Assembly: GCA_963693365.1 (NCBI GenBank)
Contig: CAVNZM010000007.1
Coordinates: forward strand, 9,793,962 to 9,857,961
Direction of reading: 5' to 3'
Length of the DNA: 64,000 nucleotides
Origin: Amoebidium appalachense
Taxonomy: Eukaryota; Protista; Ichthyosporea
Below are positions 1 to 27,142 of this stretch, piece after piece. How positions within the stretch are numbered: position 1 is the stretch's first letter; each line of letters begins with the position of its first letter. Below the pieces are notes generated by a model. The model was not told the origin of the DNA. It searched no databases and saw nothing but the letters and a program-made list of their open reading frames with translations. The position numbers and the translations under genes were made by a program.

Positions 1-16
1 GTGAGAGGGGGGGGAG

Positions 17-131
17 GGAGAATGCCCTGCAAAGTACGAAGTACACATATACGATGGACAACACAATGCAGATAGTGCAAGAAAGAAAAGCATATACAAA
101 GAGTATGCATCATAAGTAGAGGGAAGCCCCG
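17..131 (-). mobile_element. Dispersed C-tract-associated element, diverged copy
   Basis: Reverse complement CTCTACTTATGATGCATACTCTTTG...CTGCATTGTGTTGTCCATCG...GTACTTCGTAC...GCATTCTCCC. Confidence 0.65.
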
Positions 132-345
132 GGGGGGGGCGGGGGGAGGGGGAGGGGGGGAGGGGGGGAGAGGGGAGGGGGAGGGGGAGGGGGGAAGGGG
201 GGAAGGGAGAGGGGGGTGGGGGGAGGAGGGAAAGTGTATGAGACGAAAGAATAGGATGGAGGTTGGGACCAAGTCAGGAAGGGTGGCACAGGCAGGACAA
301 GCAGGTAGGAGGTAGTGTAATTGGGGCCTGACTGTGTGCATGCAG

Positions 346-6252
<5,907 letters not shown>

Positions 6253-6319
6253 AAGCGATTGCGGGGCTTTTTTTTTTCTTAATGGGGGTTTTTTCCCCTC
6301 TTCCCGGTGTGCGTGTCCC

Positions 6320-6375
<56 letters not shown>

Positions 6376-6529
6376 CTTGAGTGTGTGTGTATGTGTGTGT
6401 GGGTGTGTGGGTGGGTGGGAGGGTGTGTGGGTGTGTGTGTGTGTATGTGTGTGTGTGACGGTGTGATTGTGCATGTGAGACGCTGTGTGTGCCTCCGCGC
6501 ACGTTTTGGTGTGTTTTTATGTGTGTGTG

Positions 6530-6574
<45 letters not shown>

Positions 6575-7136
6575 GGATGCATGTACGATTGGTAGGACTC
6601 TTCGACTAGATCTGGGCGTAATTTAATATTTCCGCGTTATGTTCATGAACGAAGACCTTGATATCGAATGACAGCAGTTTGTGAATATTAAGGAACTTGT
6701 TTTAATCTCGGAACCTGACCCCGAGTGATATTGTGTATATGCATGTGTAGCCACACACATAGTGCGAGCCCCGTAATACTCAGTAAACGACGAAGCTACA
6801 TGTCTTGGCCTAAATAATTATGTTTTGGCTATTGGTGGACCTGTGTCTTGGTGTGTGTGTGTGTGTGCGTGCGTCACGGTGTGCGTGTGCGTGTTATGTG
6901 TCTGTGTTAGTGCAATGTGGGTGTGTGTGTTTGTATATGGTCCCCGTGTGTGTGTGTGTGTGTGTGTGATTGTACATGTTCATGTCGCATTGGTTACATG
7001 GGTATGTCTAGACGTCTTACTTTTTGGTGTGCTTGTGATAAGTTAAACATACATTCAACGTTGTGTATGCCTTTGCTGCAGGAAGCGCGCTTGCAGAGCT
7101 CGTGGGTGGTGGGTGGTGGTGGTGACCGGTGGTGGT

Positions 7137-7168
<32 letters not shown>

Positions 7169-8286
7169 GGGGAGGGGGTGGGGGGGGGGGGAGGAGCCTC
7201 AGGGAGGGCCGGAATCATGGCCTGGTCAGGCATTTTTGCCTGAAGCAATCTGAAGCACTGTACATGGACCTTCCTCCTTGTGTATATACCCACCCACCAC
7301 CCATGCAGTTCTACTATAAACTCGGCTGGAAGGCAAAATTGACATGGGTACACACTTCCCCTTCGAATTCTATGGATTGACAAAAATTTCCATGCATGCG
7401 TTTACAGCATCATATCGTAACGTCGTGTACTTTCGTGTATTCTCGTCTAATTAAAAACATTGACTCAAAGTTTGTGTGACATCACAATTGAACATTACGC
7501 GGATCCGTGTGCAGTTTACGTGTCCACAAGACTGCCCACGTGCACATCAGGACTTCAGAGGTGTACGTGCAGATAACTAAAAAGATAAGCCGAGGCAACC
7601 GGTTCAGCGGCCCGGTACGCTCGTATACATGTACAACGAGATCAAACGTTCTGAATTAAAAATAGTCTGAAGGACGGGAGGACAAGTCGTGCAAAGCACA
7701 ACAAGGGGGGAGGTTTGTGCCGTCGTCTGTGACGGCACCTTCGCAAAATGTTTCGGTCACAAGTCATGTAATGCACGGCCCTTTACTGTGTGGCAATATT
7801 GGAACTCACTTTTTGCCAGTAGCTTTAAATGATTATAACGGTTCAATGTTTGGCTAAATAATTTGCGTCGGCGATCATCAAGACCGCTCAAAAATAACTT
7901 CATAAAAGAAACAAATTCTCTGTCAAGACATCTGGGTACATGCAACCTGCGAAACACACGTATGCACGTTTTAAAAAAATCACAGTCTAAATACTTCGTT
8001 AAGTCATCCGTCAGCATTCATTACAAAATTTAAAACAAATTTAGACCTCACAGGCAAGAATACCTGTTCGTGCCAAAGTAAGAAACCTGCTATTTTTGGC
8101 TATCTTTCGATAAGAGAGCGCAATTAAATGCGACTCTACATGCAATGTCATCTCCAAGTCCAAAACACATATAGGAACACGAGATGAACACAACTTCAGG
8201 ACTTCGCGTATATCAACACACTTCTACTATATATATATATATTTCTACTCCCTTGTTACTGCGAATAAGAGGCATCTGCCTCTACC

Positions 8287-9021
8287 CTACAAGGTACAAA
8301 TACGGAAAACGACGTCAGCGCGGCACAAGGGGCAGCGGTTATCATGCACCTCCAACTCCTTGTCGCAATCTGAACACACAGACCGGTGGCCGCACTGGAA
8401 CACGACATTTCGTGGACTGTCATAACACACAACACACATCTCCTCTCGTCTCAACGACTCCAATTCGTGCTTCAGTCTTTCTATCTCGCTAAGGGCTAAC
8501 AAGTGCTCTCTTTCCAACTGCTGTCTCTCGCGGTTGTTTTGGTGCATAATTCGTTCCTCTCTCTCCTTTAATCGATCTGCTTTGAATTTTAAAAACTCGT
8601 TTTCTGACTCGAGGGTAGTCACTGTCTCGGCAAGCACGTGCCTTTCCTGCTTTAGCACTGCTACCTCGTCCTCTGCCGTTCGTGGTGCGATGATTATCCG
8701 TGCCGTTTTCCCTTCTCTGTCTTTGTATAACACAACATGTGCACTGCTCGGGTCTAGTCGTGCCAAGTGTATGCACAGAGCCAGCCCCTTGTGTTCATCA
8801 TCAGGCACCTGTTGGTCCTCCTCTTGAACCCCCTGGCCCCTCTCACGTACTACAAGTAAGCGGTGCTCTATTCTTCTCATTTTCTCTTCACAGCGGGCAA
8901 CGTAAACTACTTCTCTTGCACCAGGGTCTCTGCATTGTGCCTTCATTGATTGGCGCCGCATGGTTTTGATCTTTTCTCGCAGCTCGTGAGGATCCATGGT
9001 TGCTTGTGGTGGCCAGAACAT
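8287..9021 (-). CDS. Coiled-coil protein with C-terminal C3HC4 RING finger (putative E3 ligase), single coding exon
   Basis: Uninterrupted 244-aa ORF. A heptad-rich E/K/R/L segment is followed by CVVC...CGH...CSDC...CPLCR, an IAP/MGRN1-type RING spacing. Confidence 0.8.
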   Translation of the reverse strand: MFWPPQATMDPHELREKIKTMRRQSMKAQCRDPGAREVVYVARCEEKMRRIEHRLLVVRERGQGVQEEDQQVPDDEHKGLALCIHLARLDPSSAHVVLYKDREGKTARIIIAPRTAEDEVAVLKQERHVLAETVTTLESENEFLKFKADRLKEREERIMHQNNRERQQLEREHLLALSEIERLKHELESLRREEMCVVCYDSPRNVVFQCGHRSVCSDCDKELEVHDNRCPLCRADVVFRICTL

Positions 9022-9270
9022 GCAGACTAAAAGTGTCAGGCATGTGTAACATGGGTGCTTCTCAGCTCATATATAGTACTAGCACCTACATACAATGATT
9101 TAAAGTAACTCGCAGCTGTTTTCCTCTACTTTTCTGTGTCACCAGTAGTGTTCAGTTCAATATACGTCGAAACGCCTGTGTGAACAGTACCACTGACAAA
9201 TAGAAGTGTAAAAACATGAACGCAGTTTTACGGATTCGATCCACCGGACTGTGGAATCGGATGAACGGCC

Positions 9271-9410
9271 ACTTTATATAGGTCACGGATTGGCCATCAT
9301 AACCCATTGTGATTGGTCAATTCAAACTTGCGTCACAAACGTAAAGCTAAGAATCTATAAAGATTGGCTGCTCTAATTAATATTGTAAACTAGCTTATAC
9401 AATTGGTTTA
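9271..9410 (-). promoter_or_regulatory. Putative promoter of the RING gene: TATA box plus four CCAAT boxes
   Basis: Minus strand reads TATATAAA at 9273-9280. CCAAT (ATTGG on +) occurs at 9289, 9312, 9363 and 9402, all upstream of the ORF in the same orientation. Confidence 0.5.
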
Positions 9411-10117
9411 GATTATATTCTGAGCTATCTAAATGAATAGAGATCGTATCTATAGCGAGCCGTCTTGGTTGGCGCTTGGAACTTGGCGCAGATCTAGAAG
9501 GCCCGAGGCTCCAGCGAGCTCATAGGAACGTTCATAAGATACCAGGACATAAAACAATCCCTGTTACCAACATAAAGAAACTGTAACTATGGTCTTCTTC
9601 TACTGATTTTTCTGTGTCCATAAGATGCAGTAAAGAAGTTTGCTGCATAAAAAGATGCCAATTGTCAACCCCCGAACACCGTGTTCGGATCCGGAAGTGC
9701 GTAAATGATCAGCAAAACAGTTGTAAGATAGGCATCCAATAGAAAGCTGTAAGACAGAAACATTCCACGACGCGCCAATCCAATCTAGCGGTGTGGTCGT
9801 TATTTTTCCTGGGCTGCTGCCTTCGGCAATTTATCGGATCCTTCCCGGGAAGCTTTCCCGGGATCCCGCAGCTGCCAGCAAACGGAAACGGTCGCGGGTA
9901 CTACTCTCTGTACATACAAAACTGACAAAGATTACCGATGTAGACAAAGGTGAACGGCGTAGAAAGAGGTATAGTGGGTGCAGATTTATCGTGGGTTAGC
10001 ACTTTGGCGGAGTGTGCATTGTCCAGTGTCAGTGTGGGGCTTTCTGGCTGATGCCACATCAGCACTGGGGACAAGAGACCTGAATGACGGTGTGTTCATC
10101 TTGTGACCACCGACAAT

Positions 10118-18046
<7,929 letters not shown>

Positions 18047-19222
18047 TTGGTTCTTGCTCCCACAGAATTGTTTGGCGACTTCCCGGCTAGGTGTGTGGTG
18101 CGTGCTGGGGTGGTTACTACTCTGCTTTTATTGAGCGGCCTCACACCTACAGCCACCCACACATGTGACCCACCCACCACAACCACGGGTACCAACGAAC
18201 ACCGCCAGTTCCTTGCCAGAACACGGGTTTCCTCTTTGATGGCTGCAGTGGGTTTTTCGTTTATGTCGTAGGTAGTGGAATGTGTGTGCTTATTTTGCTG
18301 TTTGCCTTTTCGCCCTTTTACAGAGTGTGTTGCACACACAATTTGCGGAATAACGTGAGTACTAAATGGCATCCAAAGGCGTGCCCATGTAGGGCACGAC
18401 AAGATAGCTGCACCCATTTTGGCGGTCGCATTAATCCTGTGAAAGTGTAGAACACACTTAGTAGGTAGTAGAACAGTCTAGAAGCGTAGCGCCATTCTCT
18501 TCTTTCTTACATTTTTTTTCTCGTTTAATTTTTCTTTTTTTTTCTTTTTTTTCTTTTTTTTCTTCCCTCCCTTCTTTTTCTTTTTTTCCCTCTTTTTTTT
18601 CTTGTCCATCTGGAAAGCTGGCTGCTCCGGTGTGTGAAAACACTCGAATAGCAGAGTCTTAATAACATTGACAAATGTAAGTGATATTCGTATCATAAAA
18701 GCGGATATGTTCAACCGGACATCTCCTGGGCACATAATGGTTGTGACATAGGCACCCATGGTTGTGTTCACTGTTCGCCCTTGTATTTCATAAAAGGAAT
18801 TTTGATAGCACATGTGGTTGTGCTCATATCAACCTTGGGTAATAAAACACACGCATGACCGGTGGTGTTCACCCAAGGCCTGCAATATTCAAAGACACGT
18901 GTGGAACGTTGTGCATCCACCTATGTCACGATTTTGCTTAGACACCCCATGTGACTTAGTCCACCCTCAATATCTACTCCACTCTCACATGAATATATTT
19001 CTAGCTTTACCTCCAAAGCACACACATGCAAGCATATACAGGCCAGAACAGGAATACATCATGCTTTCCAGGACTAAAACTTAGCTGCAATAGTGCAATC
19101 CTAACATTCGATATTGGTTAAGTTTTGATCCTGGGAAGCATTATGCACACGTACGACTTCAAGGTCACGTTTGAACAAAAAAAATTGGTATATTGATTGG
19201 GGTGGGGGTGGGGTGGGGTGGG

Positions 19223-19301
<79 letters not shown>

Positions 19302-19572
19302 GACGGCAGGGGGGGAGGGGAGGAGGAGGGGGGAGGGATGGGTGTGTTATGTTCTTGTACGTGTGGAAAAGGAAGTTCAAAAACATTGAAACACGACACA
19401 GAGTACATATAACTAACTGTTCTGCAGATTGACAGAGTGTATGCATGCTATCAGCAAGTACAGTGACTCTTCGGGGAAGGGAGAAAGAAAGGACGGTTGC
19501 CTGTGTATGTGTGCTTGCGGGTGTGCGGAGGGTGGAGGGCGGGCAGGGAGGGGGGGGGGGGGGGGGGGGGGG

Positions 19573-19721
19573 GGGGTTTGAATGCGGAACACAGTACGAA
19601 GTACGCATACACGATGAGAAGCATGGTGCAGGACACATGCAAAGGCAAACATTCAAGTATGCAGCATCAGCCATGCGCACAGTATGCGTCATAAGCAGAG
19701 CCCATCCTCAGGGAGGGCCCA
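19573..19721 (-). mobile_element. Dispersed C-tract-associated element, subfamily B, 5'-truncated
   Basis: Matches 56007-56155 with only a handful of substitutions; flanked on both sides by G runs. Confidence 0.75.
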
Positions 19722-19748
19722 GGGGGGGGGGGGGGGGGGGGGAGGGTA

Positions 19749-19811
<63 letters not shown>

Positions 19812-19828
19812 TAGGGGGGGGAGGAGGA

Positions 19829-19964
19829 GAATTTACTAATATTACAGACTAGCAAGTGCACGCTCATAACCGACAACACAATGCAGAGTTCAAAGCACAC
19901 ATTTAAGTGTATGTAATAAGCAGCGCTAATACTGAGGGGGAGCCCAACCATCCCCAGTACCCGG
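19829..19964 (-). mobile_element. Dispersed C-tract-associated element, diverged subfamily A copy
   Basis: Reverse complement CGGGTACTGGGGATGG...CTGCTTATTACATAC...CTCTGCATTGTGTTGTCGGTTATG. Confidence 0.6.
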
Positions 19965-20580
19965 GGGGGGGGAAGGGGGGGGGGGGGGGGGGGGGGGGGA
20001 GGGGGGGGGGGAATAAAAAGGAGAAGGTGGAGGGGGGTTTGGGAGAAGGGAGGAGGAAACAAAGGGCCTAAGCGGCGAGGGGGGGGGGGGGGGGGGGGAA
20101 CAACATTGGGGTGGTAAACGTTTTCCCTCAGACTGCCACCATACAAGGTGTCGTATGACCTTCAAATTTATTCAGTAAAACTCAGAAAGTTATGTCATTC
20201 GCAAGCCACCTTTACTCGTCTGTCATTGCATCACGACTCGTCTGTCATTGCATCACGATTATCATCAAAGATGTCTGACCAAAGAAGTTACTATTGAGTG
20301 GCACAAAAAAAATAGGTTAATTCTAAACAGAGTATTTTAAATCATCATTCATCTTTTCCTTATTGTAACAAGCCTAACTTCCCCTCTCCCTTCTCCCCTT
20401 GACCTCTTCCCCTCCCCCCCCCCAAATCCCCCCCCCCCCCCCCTTCCCTACAAACCCCCCTCCTTTATCCCCAAGGTTCCGGGAGCCAATCAACTCTTTC
20501 CCCTTCTTCACACACACGTCAAAGCTTGCTTTCACCTACCAACTCCTTCTCACCCTGCTATTCTTGTCCCATTATCCCCT

Positions 20581-20627
<47 letters not shown>

Positions 20628-20659
20628 ACAAAAAAAAAAACGCCTCTCTCCAGCCCCAA

Positions 20660-21895
20660 TCAATCATCTGCCACCTGCAACTGCTCCACGTTACCCAACA
20701 CATATTCGAGCGCTTCCTTTTCTCCCCCACCAGGGAACTTTCCCTCCGGCCTATTACCCTCCGTTGTGTGCAACTGATATCCCGGTCCATAGCTATCCAA
20801 GTGGTCATGGTCTGGGAGGTCATCACTAAGCTCTACACCAGCTATCAACCCGGTTAGGTATGTCCAACAGCGAGCAGTGTCACTGAAATTGTATCCACCA
20901 CCACCAAGAAAGAGCGTGGGGAGGTCCCAGCTAAGAACATGAGACACACACGCACCGTATCCTTTTGTGGTGAGGTTGAGTGCTGCGTTTGGGTCGGTTT
21001 GAAGCCCGTCTGCCCCGCACTGCACAACAACAACGTCAGGCTGGTATTTGGACAACACAGCATTGGCAACAGAGATGAAAACACGCGTGAAGGTCTCATC
21101 TTTGCAAGCATTCGGAAGAGGGACGTTTATAGCGTAGTATTTCCCTGCCCTTTTGCCGATGTCGGTTGCCTTTCCAGTTCCTGGAAAGAAGCCCGGTGCA
21201 TGCTTATGCAAGGAAAGAGTGAGCACGTTGGGGGAAGTGTAGAAGGCACCCTCCACTGCGTCTCCGTGGTGCAAGTCCAAGTCGATATAAAGAACCCGCT
21301 GGAAAGTCTTTCTGAGCTGGATTATGGCCAGCACGATGTCGTTAACATAACAGAATCCCGCTGCTCTATCTTTCTCGGCATGGTGCCAACCCCCTCCCCA
21401 GTGAATGGCTCTCCTCGTTCGTTTTTCGCTAAGGGCAGTGGCAGCGTGCAACGACCCTCCCGCAACAAACAACACGTAATCTCTAAGTTCTGGGAACGGA
21501 GGGCAGTCATCCTCGAGTCCATACTCCTTCAATTCCTCTGTAGCGCCCTCGGCTTGGTCATCAGACTCCGTGCGGTCGAGTAGAACATCTAGATAGCCCT
21601 GCGAGTGAAACGAAACGAGCGTTGTGGGTGGGGCGGGTGTAGGTGCCTCTACTGACAGGTAGTCAAGAAGACCATATGCATCTATGAGTGTGTGTACCAG
21701 CAAGGCCCTATCTTCCAGACGTGGGTGTGTGAGACAAGCTACAAGGTGGCCTTCGGAGTGCACATAGAGAGGCTGTTTTTCTCTTGCAGCTATTCGGTGC
21801 TGTTTGACGGGATGGTCGGTGGGTTCGGGGCTTGACGATGGCTTCCTTTTTGGCCCCGCCCCTTCCATGACTACTTTCCGTTCACATATAGGCAT
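20660..21895 (-). CDS. HDAC8: Class I histone deacetylase, HDAC8-like, single coding exon
   Basis: Continuous ORF; first ATG at 21895, alternative ATG at 21868. Contains GGGWHHA...GFCYVND, VLYIDLDLHHGDAVE, SLHKHAPGFFPGTG, VVQCGADGL and LGGGGY...TARCWTYLT. All Zn-binding and catalytic residues are present. GWHHA and DLDLHHGD are HDAC8-type rather than HDAC1-3-type. Confidence 0.9.
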   Translation of the reverse strand: MPICERKVVMEGAGPKRKPSSSPEPTDHPVKQHRIAAREKQPLYVHSEGHLVACLTHPRLEDRALLVHTLIDAYGLLDYLSVEAPTPAPPTTLVSFHSQGYLDVLLDRTESDDQAEGATEELKEYGLEDDCPPFPELRDYVLFVAGGSLHAATALSEKRTRRAIHWGGGWHHAEKDRAAGFCYVNDIVLAIIQLRKTFQRVLYIDLDLHHGDAVEGAFYTSPNVLTLSLHKHAPGFFPGTGKATDIGKRAGKYYAINVPLPNACKDETFTRVFISVANAVLSKYQPDVVVVQCGADGLQTDPNAALNLTTKGYGACVSHVLSWDLPTLFLGGGGYNFSDTARCWTYLTGLIAGVELSDDLPDHDHLDSYGPGYQLHTTEGNRPEGKFPGGGEKEALEYVLGNVEQLQVADD

Positions 21896-23179
21896 GAGAA
21901 AGGAAACCCCCAGCTTAGGGCCAGGCTGCCAGCTACCTTTGAACACTGCGAAACGACCACGCGTACGTCACTCACGTGTGTGTGCACATGTGCACTCGGA
22001 GTGACACTCAAGAGTCTCAGACAGGCACTCAGAAATAAAACGCGCGCCATTCAGTGCGGACGCCTGTGCTCATTCGCCCAGAGCCGTTTTGTTCTTCCAT
22101 GAGTGGTGTGGCTCCTACGTTGATGTACACAAAGGAAAAAAGTAAATATTTACAACCTGGTTTAAAGGGGCATATTTATTTAAAGAGCTTTTGTTCATTT
22201 AGAATATATTTAAAATAAATAAATCAAGAATCAAACGTGGTAAATTACCGCTTTTTGTCCTTAATTGTTGACAGTCTTTAGTCATTAAAATACCGCTTTC
22301 CAGAATTTCAGTAAGAAACCCCTCAGCTGTTTACTGCAGGTGTAGGGAGTACAATTTTGAGCAAGAGCTGTTGTAGTTGGCGAGCATCAGCCCAATCAGA
22401 CGTCGGTGAGAACCGAGATCTGCCGGAACTTTTGCACCGTCATCAAGTGACAGAATTCCGATATATGATAAACTGAGTTTAACTGACCTGGCATGCTAAG
22501 CTACAAACTATGCTAATTACTTAAAATAAAGCAATTATCCCAACAGCCATAAGTAAAACAGAAGTAAGAATATATTTTTCATATGTTATCTATCGAATGG
22601 TATAGCTCTAAATTTAGGCCACAGGAAGGTCATGGTGAACTACTGATTGTAGGCCGTTTCTAATTGGCCAATACAAAATTGCATGTCCGCCAGTACGTGG
22701 TGAAACGTGGACTACTTGTACACCGTGAGATCATCAATTTACATAGTTCATTTACATAGTTGTAGTTGACTCCAGGGCTCTCAGGAGCGCAAGGGGCCCA
22801 GTTTTCAATTATAGTTTGTGCGTGGTGCACTGTGCAGGCTACATGTACGTGTTATTATCGTTCGTCATTATATTTTCCAACCCAACGGTAAGTTAAAAAT
22901 GGATCTTCAACATTGCCGATACAGGCATATTGCACAACGTTCCAAAGCTGCCAATCCGTTCAGCCGCATTGCAACAGCCACATTTTGACTGATTGCAAAT
23001 GTGCCGTAAATGGCATGCGGGCTGAAAGACAGACGCACTCTTGGCTGAAAATTAACAGAACTTCTATTAAATATGTAGCGTATTTAGGCTGGCATTATGG
23101 CCATGAATTTTACCCTGGGAGGCTGCTGCCAAAAGCAATCTGATTTTCTCACAGGTTGAATGGAGTCACTAGCTATACT

Positions 23180-23290
23180 CTGATTGGTTGCAAGTCAGTT
23201 GTGTACATCACCGAAGCATGTTTGTTCCATTTGGCATTTGCCTCAACCAATCGGCAGCGAGAGAATGTATCATCCTGGCCGACCAATCGT
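23180..23290. promoter_or_regulatory. CCAAT-box cluster between the divergent HDAC8-like and TFIIB-like genes
   Basis: ATTGG at ~23183 and CCAAT at ~23247 and ~23283, in microsatellite-free sequence upstream of both genes. Confidence 0.35.
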
Positions 23291-23985
23291 AACGCCCCTT
23301 ACTCGTGCACGCAACGGCACCGCATTCCTATGTCTGCCACAACCGACCATCCCGCCAGTTTTTTCTCCGTGCAGAGATTTTTTTCCTCCCCCGCCTTGAA
23401 GTTTTCTTGTTTTCCTGGACGATTGACTCCCTAGTGCTGCTCACTGACAGCGAACGGTCTGATACCTTTTCTTTTTTTAACCTTTCTCTAGCATAGTTGG
23501 TCTCCTATTTTTTCCTCGGCAGGATTCGTTGTGACCGTTTTATTAACTTGTTACTAGGGCGTCGTCGAGGCGGCCCGTCACGTCAACTCCGACAACCGGG
23601 TAGGGCTCCTCATGTTTTCACTTGTGATCATTTCCACTTCTTTTTTTATGTTTCTTAGACATGAAATTGCAGCCCTGCGTAGGAAAAGGACATTCTTCCA
23701 CGCGCTCTCGTTTTGTGGTTAGAAGTGCTGCACTTTAAATAGTTGCCCTCCTTTTTCGATCCTATCCTGACTCGGAGCTTTTTTATATCTCTTATAGACA
23801 TTTGAGTTGGTTGACAGGTCATCTTTTATAAAACCTCCTTTTCCTAGTTTTCGACGTAGATCATTTTCTTTCCTGATGTATTTTTTATGGGGTTTTCCCC
23901 TTGTGCTTTTGACACCCACAGCCTGATACATGGTCCCTGTTGGTTCCTCCGCTGACCGCAAGTTCACAGTAGCTGCAAAGCAACT

Positions 23986-25214
23986 ATGGCAAACGTCAAA
24001 GATGGATCGGATGGGGAGCTGGATGGTGAAAAAGGTACGACCACTGTTGAGAAGTGTTATCAAGGAAACTTGTTCTTCTGTGCACTTTCTCCCTCCTTTC
24101 CAGTTCCTCGCTCCCTCTTGTAGCTCTCATGTATCGGCTTGTGTTATCCTTACCCTTGCTTCCACTACTCCATACATCCCACTCTCTCCCCATCACCTCT
24201 CCCTCCCCTCTCTCTTCCTCTGTCATCATTTTGTCTTCTTGACCCACCACTTTTTTGTGGGGGGGTGGGGGGAGGGTGGGGGGGATGGGGTGGTGGTGGC
24301 CACTTTTGTTGTCTAATTGGTATTACTGTGTCTCTGCTTTTCCTGCTTGGATGGTTATCCTTGCCTGTGCCTCGAGTTCTATTTAGAAGTCTCTCTTTTT
24401 GGAAGCATGCTGCCGAAGTCCGTTATGGGCCTGTCCCCTTGCTCCTCGTCGCTCCCCTCCGCCCCTCCCCCCCCTCTTCCCAACCCTTCAGAGTGTGGAG
24501 ATTGGTAGGACTCATGTCTTTGTGCCTGCATGAATCTGCCTCCCTATTACACCTTGTTTTGGGAAAAGGCAAAGAGGTTAGTTTGTGCAGGTGAGAACTC
24601 ACATGCATGTGCATAGGTTTTTGGTTGCAGCCAAACGTGTGTACTACACACGAGAACTTACACAATCGGGTATGCATGTTCACGGGAGATGGCTAACAAC
24701 GGTTGTTGCACACCTCTGCCCATAAATATTTCATTATCTCTCGTGTCGTTCTATATATTCATAACGTTTGCTCTTTCGGCTTGTAATTGCGGCTACCCTG
24801 CTAACAAGCCATCTTACAGGATTGAAGCGTAAGCGTGAGCACGACGATGAACGGGCTTCAAAGTTTGCTAAGGAGATGCAACCTGCTGGTGCAAACAATC
24901 AGTCAGCTGAAGACAGAAACGTAAAACGGGGGAACGCACTAAATGATTATGAAGAACCCAAGTATGAGCCCCCCCCCCCCCCCCCCGTCTGCCTTTCCGC
25001 CCACTACGATCATCAAGAACAAACTATTATTAGCACTCATCTCCCTGTCCCTTCTGTGTCCCTGTCTATACCCTCTTACCATTATGCATATAAACAGAAA
25101 GAGTGTTGCTGTGGCTTTTTCCTTTTTTCCTTAGGGGAAGGAGGGGCGGGGGTGGGGGTGGGGAGGGAGGGAGGGATGAGGGGAAGGTGTGGGGGGGGGG
25201 GGGGGGGGGGGGGG

Positions 25215-25252
<38 letters not shown>

Positions 25253-27072
25253 GAGTGTTGGATTGGGTACCTTCTACACCCCCGTGCCTGTGGGCTTGTT
25301 GGCATACAGTTTGAATACTTATTGGCAGCAATTCAATTCAACTGTACTTGGTGTATTCGTTACGTACAAGGCAACTCTGTTTTCACTCAGCTGGGTGCTT
25401 CAGAAGCAAGCATACGCCAATCAAGCGTACAAATATAAGCTGGAAAAGGTGTTGTGTTGGGTTTGCTGGCGAGGCCTGGTATTCATACCTTGTACTTCCA
25501 AGTACGATGGAGCGCCCCTGCCCGGCCTTCTCACCGCCGTTCCTTTGTGCTCGGTCTTGGTGCGCCTCGTGGCTATTGCATGATGCACTTCCATGTGTGC
25601 GGGGACACCCCTCACACTGCCATTCCTGTCCATTAGGTCCATGGAAGAGTGCATCAAGCTGCAGCGTGCCTGGGCACAGCAGATCACACTGCCGGAGCAG
25701 GTGGCGCTGAGGGCCCAGCGGCTACTGGACAGGTGCCGCAAGTCGGTTCTTGTGAGAATATCCCCGATCAATGCCGCTGCTGCTCTCTTCATTGCCAGCC
25801 GCCAGGTGTCACTCACTCATTTCCTCTGCCTAATCTTCCCCTGCTCAGTTGTGTTATGTGTGGTGTTTAATGGTGATGTGTTAACATCCCCCCCCCCCCC
25901 CCCCCCCCCCCCCCCGGGGGTCGAAACTCGGGTACTGTGGATGACGTGGCCCCCCCTGAGGATGGGCTCTGCCTATTATGCATACTCTTCATGTATGGTT
26001 TGCACTCTGCATCGTGTTTTCCGTTGTTCTTGTGTTCTTCGTACTTAATGACGCATTCAACCCCCTCCCCCCCCCCCCCCTTCTCTCCCTCCGGATGCAC
26101 ACGCCTGCCAGAAATGTGTCAGTCCTCTCTTGTTGCGTAGGAGCCTTTCGCTTTGAGTGGTGTGCTAGGAGCTGCATATATGTTCTTGCTTGCCATATGC
26201 AACATATTTATCAGATTCGGTGGGTATGCTCTTCCTCCACCATCACCCAGACAAATGCACCACACTCTTCATTGATCTCGCATCCCGCCTTCTGCGTGGT
26301 GATTCTCGCCTTGTCTCCATCTCGTACCTGATCGGTCCGAATGCAACTAAAGAAAACAGCTGTGCTCTTGGGTATGTCCAGTGGCCCTATTGATGGCACA
26401 AGGCAAGGGGCATACACATGCAAGCAATGAACACAAACCATGAAGGGGCATCCATTTTGTGCAGGGATTCACCTGGTGCATATTTGGATCCCACCACTCA
26501 CGCACGTGCACAGCACATGCTATTCGGACATCTGCCATGTTTCTCCTGGCTTATAAGGCATGATTGCAGCCATACATGGAAACGTTGCTGGATGGGGTGG
26601 GTGTGTGTGTGTGTGTGGGGTGGGGGGGAAGAGGGGAGAGGGGTCCTTTTTGCTGGCTACAGGTTTACTAACATGGTTTCATTCATGATGCAGGAGGGCA
26701 TTGCGTGCACCTACAAGGAGATATCGGCCGTGTCTGGTATCCAGCGGTCGAGGCTGGCCCACTACCAGAAGGCAATGGTCCGCCTCTTGAAAATACCAAA
26801 CCCCGAGCCTGTGCTTGCATCGGAGACCATCAATCGGTTCTGCTCCCACCTGCAGCTCCCAACAGACATTGCAAATGCTGCAAAGACTCTGGCAAACCGG
26901 GCCCTGGAGAAGGGTGTTGTGAGCGGTAGGTTGGGCATTTGGACCGGGTATAGTGAGTTGAGATGCCTGGGTCTACTTTGGGAGACACTTGTATCTGACG
27001 GGGTTTCCATGCAGCTGACATTCTGCCAAGCATTTCTTGATGTCTGCAATTTGTATGCTATTTCCCCAGCAT

Positions 27073-27142
<70 letters not shown>

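Noticed and set aside
7757-8017. 86-aa minus-strand ORF downstream of the RING gene
   Set aside because: It is short, has no recognisable motif and has no splice support.
25917-25930. GGGTCGAAAC at the element's 5' end as a Pol III B box (tRNA-derived SINE)
   Set aside because: It sits at the extreme terminus with no upstream A box or tRNA-like fold, and is equally well explained as an inverted terminus.
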